Source: Lama guanicoe
Taxonomy: Eukaryota
Reading direction: 5' to 3'
Length of the DNA: 64,000 bases
Assembly: GCA_013239625.1 (NCBI GenBank)
Contig: MU053881.1
Coordinates: 15,616,373-15,680,372 of the forward strand
Under the pieces are notes generated by a model. That model saw only the letters and a list, made by a program, of their open reading frames with translations. It ran no database searches and was not told where the DNA came from. Made by a program: the position numbers and the translations under genes. Below are positions 60,301 to 64,000 of this stretch, piece after piece. Each line of letters starts with the position of its first letter. Positions within the stretch are counted from its first letter, which is position 1.

Positions 60301-62469
60301 AGAATTGCTTGGCTACATTAGGTGGGGAAACAGCCAGGCTAGCCTTGACAAAGAGAGAAATCCTGGGCCAGCCCAGGCAGGGGTAATCCTGGGTAGGTCT
60401 GAAACAGGCAGCCCCCAGTTTAGCCTTAGCAAAAGGAAGAATTCTGGACTAGCTTGGGCAGTGGTAATATTGAGCTAGCCTGGGACAGGTGTGCTCCTGG
60501 GCAAGCCTGAGTGGAGGGAATCTGGGGTGAGCCTGAAATAGGAATTCTCCTGGGCTACTCTAAGCAGAGGACTTCCAGGGATCCTGGGCTAGCCTGGGCC
60601 AGGGCTGGGTTGGGGTGCTTCCTCACACAGCTGCAGGTGGCTCCCTCTCCCGCCGGCTCAGTCCTGGGAGGCGAAAGGCCTTGGCTCCCCGTAAACGTTT
60701 CATGGCTGAGGACAGAGGAAGGGGGTGCAGCTGAGCCCTGGGGTTTGCCCTCTTCCCATTCAGATCTGCTTCCCTCATCCCTCTGGTCCAGCCTGGGCAT
60801 CCAGGCCCAGACGTACTTGCCTTCCTGCAGGGCTGCCGCACTGTACGCCTCGAAGTCCAAAGGCCCTGAGACAGAAGATATTGAGAAACTCAGCTGGGCA
60901 GGAGGACTGGGCCTGGGAAGGGTAGCAATATACCCTTGGCCTCACAATAGCACCTAGATCTGAGCTCAAGGCCAGTCAGAGTCCGGGACATGAGCCAAGA
61001 TGTTGAACCAGCCCCAGAGGCGGTCATGAGTGGGATGGGCCAAGGGTTCTGGTCCCACCTTGGACAGTTGCCACCTTGGGATGGACCAGAGGGGGTGATG
61101 CCTGAGTTACTTCTACTTCCAGCATTTCTGGGTGGAACTTTGGGTGGATCAGGGGACAGACCATAAGTCTGCAGTGGACTGTGCCTCAAGTGCAAGGATG
61201 AGGACCTGGGACTTTCTCCCAAGGGTGATGGGAAGCCATAGAGGTTATATGAGCAGGAGCAGGGCATGACAGATCTGGAGCCAGTGAAGGGCAAGAGTGG
61301 GGGCCCACACCAGGAGAAGTGTTCTGAGCCAGCAATGAGCTATAGAGACCCAAGGGAGAAAAGACAGACCCTTGTGGTTAACTCAACCTAGGGATGTCAA
61401 ATATGTACCAGCATTTACTGAGTGCCTACTGTGTGCCAGGCACACACTCTGCCCTTTATCTGCATCAGATTACTGAGCATTTACAACACCATGAGGTGGG
61501 GGTTATTAGCATCCCCAATTTACAGATGAGGAAACTGAGACTCAGAGAAGGCATGACTGACATCCAAGGTCAAACTGTGAGCAACAAAGAAAAGACACAA
61601 ACCCAGATGTGACCCTAAAAATCTTGCTCTCAACTCTTCTTTGACCCTGTATCTTGGACATTTTCAAATTAGTCTTTTGCTCAACAACCCTCAATGGCTC
61701 CTTTGGGCCCTTGGGGTAAAGTCTGAAAGGCTGAGCCTGGCATTCAAGACCCCTGTGGTATCTGGTGGTAAGAGATTTACGCATTAAGATCAGGCATCAA
61801 ATCCTCTTCCTCTGTGGGCTGTTGAGTTAGATCTGTCATCAGCTCATTTTTCTGATGAGGAAAATGAGGCCCAGGAAGGTTCAGTCTCTTGCCTCTTGAG
61901 TTCTGTTTTTCCTCTGGCATTGTGGCTCCACAGCCCAACCTCTACAGATACCCCGACTCACCAGGCTTCTCCCGGCCTGTGCCCTTGCTCTCTGCAAACT
62001 TCCTCAGCAGCATCTCCACACTGACATTTTCTATGTTCTGCTTAAATTCCTCATGCACCTGGGCCAGGCAGATGGAGTGTGTAACCAGGCAGGGCCAGAG
62101 CCCTCTTGCCCGGCACCCACAGCCTTGTTCCCCACCCCTGACCCCACTCACCTGCCCAATCTGCACATGCGTGTCCTCCACTGAGTGGGCATAAGAGCCC
62201 AGCAGGGCCTTCATGTGCCGCAGATGGGCCTCCTCCATGGCTTGAAAGCGCTGAGGTGGGAGGGGAGGGGCAAATGGGAAGGTGAAGCCACAAAGAATGG
62301 CTATGTGACCCAGCCTGACCAATCAGAACCTTCCAACCCTCACTGGCCTCAGTGATTGACTTGGGGAAGAACCCCGGGACTTTTGCTGGAACTATAGGAA
62401 AAAAACACATCCATACCCTGAGTTAATGAGCTGGTGGATGCATGTGGGGGCTGCTTGTGGCTACTTTGC

Positions 62470-62508
<39 letters not shown>

Positions 62509-63757
62509 AGAAAGGCATGTCTCCCTAGGATTAAAGCCCTCAGGGAGAAAAACAGACTTGAGAAGCAGAGAGGCATAACTTCCTGCCAACACCATTTGAG
62601 TACCTGGATCCAGCCATGCCTGATGCCCCTGCCCCCAAACTTTTCAGTTCCCTAAACTTATAAATCTCCTTGTCAGTTTGAATGAAGATTTCTATCACTT
62701 GCAACTTTCTATCACTGCAAAATCAGAAAAAAGTTCTGATTCTTAATCCTGAGATTCTAATCTACCTTTTGAACATTTGATGGACAGAGACCCAGAGAGC
62801 TGTTGTCAAAGGTTGCATAGCTGTGATAGATGGAGGCTGGACCAGGAATCCAGGCTTTTCAGCCACCATGACGTGTCAGGAGACCCTTAGCTTCTAAACC
62901 CTGCCCTGTCTTGTTCTAAAACCTCATCAATAATAATAGAAATAATAATAATATTTCATAGAGTGGATTCTATGCACCTGGTACTAGTCTGAAAACTTCA
63001 CATATAGTGACTCATTTAATCTTCACAACAATTCTATCAGGCAGATATTATTACCGTCCCCATTTTACAGATGGGGAAACTAAGGCACAGAAATGGTTTG
63101 ATTTTTGAAATAATAACAACATCAACGGCAATAACAATAGCTAACTGGCTCTAGAATTCTATAGCTTTAAGCCTGTGATTCTAAGGCTTCTGGGAGTCGG
63201 GGGTTTGGAAAGTTCTGGCTTGAGGCCCATAGCATCCTAGGCCCAAGAATGTGTAGGTCTCCAAGGTACAGATGCCCGGTTCTTACCAGAGCCGAGTCCA
63301 GCATCTTCTGCTCAAAGTCGGCACGGGCTGCGTTGTACTTCTCCACTGAACGCCGCAGGCTCTCTGCTGCCTTCTTGGTCTTGGTCTCTGCCTAGGAGGG
63401 ACAGGGAGGGGATGGGGTTGGGAGGGGAACACTCAAGGCACTTTCCCTGGCCCCATCCCTAGCACATAAACTCCTTGGGGTGTCCAAGGTCATGGTTCCA
63501 TAACATGTTTTCACTCTCCCATCAGGCAGCCCCGCCCACCATCGGCAAATTCCCCAGATGTGTGTGTGCCAGTGGTGGCTGGGGACCTGGAGCCCTGGAC
63601 CCACCTTGTCCATCTCCTTCTGGCTGGTGCTCTCCCTCCGCAGCCGCTCCTGGTCCATGCAACGGTTCAGGTAGTTCTCGCGGGACTTGGGCAGGAGCTG
63701 GCTGACACCGGCAAGGACCTGCACCGCGTCCAGGGTGCCCACTGCTTCCTCTTTGCA
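51379..63757 (-). CDS. FCHO1: F-BAR domain only protein 1 (F-BAR, linker, mu-homology domain), partial: last 22 coding exons, 5' part outside window
   Basis: Exons on minus: 63757-63605, 63391-63287, 62250-62152, 62058-61962, 60865-60821, 60705-60627, 59907-59883, 59506-59449, 58973-58795, 58712-58688, 58307-58256, 57692-57601, 57185-56910, 55536-55424, 55315-55228, 55078-54970, 54260-54105, 53778-53646, 53204-53005, 52385-52330, 51989-51825, 51401-51379. Phases consistent. Motifs [52 protein letters not shown]-terminus [13 protein letters not shown]. Confidence 0.96.
56039..56234. mobile_element. MER20-like DNA transposon in an FCHO1 intron
   Basis: cagggttctcaac...catccctggcctccaccc...gacattgccaagtgtcccctgg...gttgagaaccac. 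Confidence 0.75.
62473..62502. repeat. (AC)15 microsatellite
   Basis: Perfect AC run. Confidence 0.95.
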
Positions 63758-64000
63758 CTGTGAGGGTGGGGAAGGGGGCGCATGGGGGCCACCTGAAGCC
63801 CCTGATGGGGCGCAGGACCTAAGCAGATCCCAGGTGTACAGCGTGAAATTCCCAGCTTCCCAAACTTCTGAGGGATTCCAAGTCCTACAGAGTACTTTTT
63901 CTGAATATTCTATTAATTCCAAAATTTTAAGCTTTTAAAATAGGTAGTATCTACACATAATTCATATTTCAGAAAGTTTTAAGGGGTTAGCTCCGGTAAC

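Overview
Mammalian genomic DNA, probably camelid or another non-ruminant cetartiodactyl. That assignment is inferred from about 15 copies of a young tRNA-derived SINE and from artiodactyl-type L1 3' ends. The window is syntenic to human 19p13.11 in reverse orientation. Left to right: RPL18A exon 1 and promoter (-); a repeat-rich spacer with a 5'-truncated RPL12 processed pseudogene; the complete JAK3 gene (+, non-coding exon 1 plus 23 coding exons, 1104 aa); INSL3 (+, 2 exons, 131 aa); B3GNT3 (-, 2 coding exons, 381 aa, CpG-island promoter about 12 kb upstream); and the last 22 coding exons of FCHO1 (-). Exon boundaries were worked out by hand and the reading phases are consistent. The most interesting observations are: (1) an ungapped copy (80/102 identity) of the JAK3 intron 14/exon 15 splice-acceptor region inside the B3GNT3 3'UTR, which makes B3GNT3 mRNA partly antisense to JAK3 pre-mRNA; (2) a degenerate 18-bp-period AT-rich array of POU/homeodomain-like motifs in B3GNT3 intron 1; (3) a U12 AT-AC intron with a CTCF motif at its donor, a GC-AG intron and 25-nt microexons clustered in FCHO1; (4) the human JAK3 C-terminal tail surviving only as 3'UTR here, plus predicted JAK3B-like and JAK3-INSL3 read-through (JAK3M-like) C-termini. 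Comparisons to human sequences and repeat-family names are from memory and need database confirmation.
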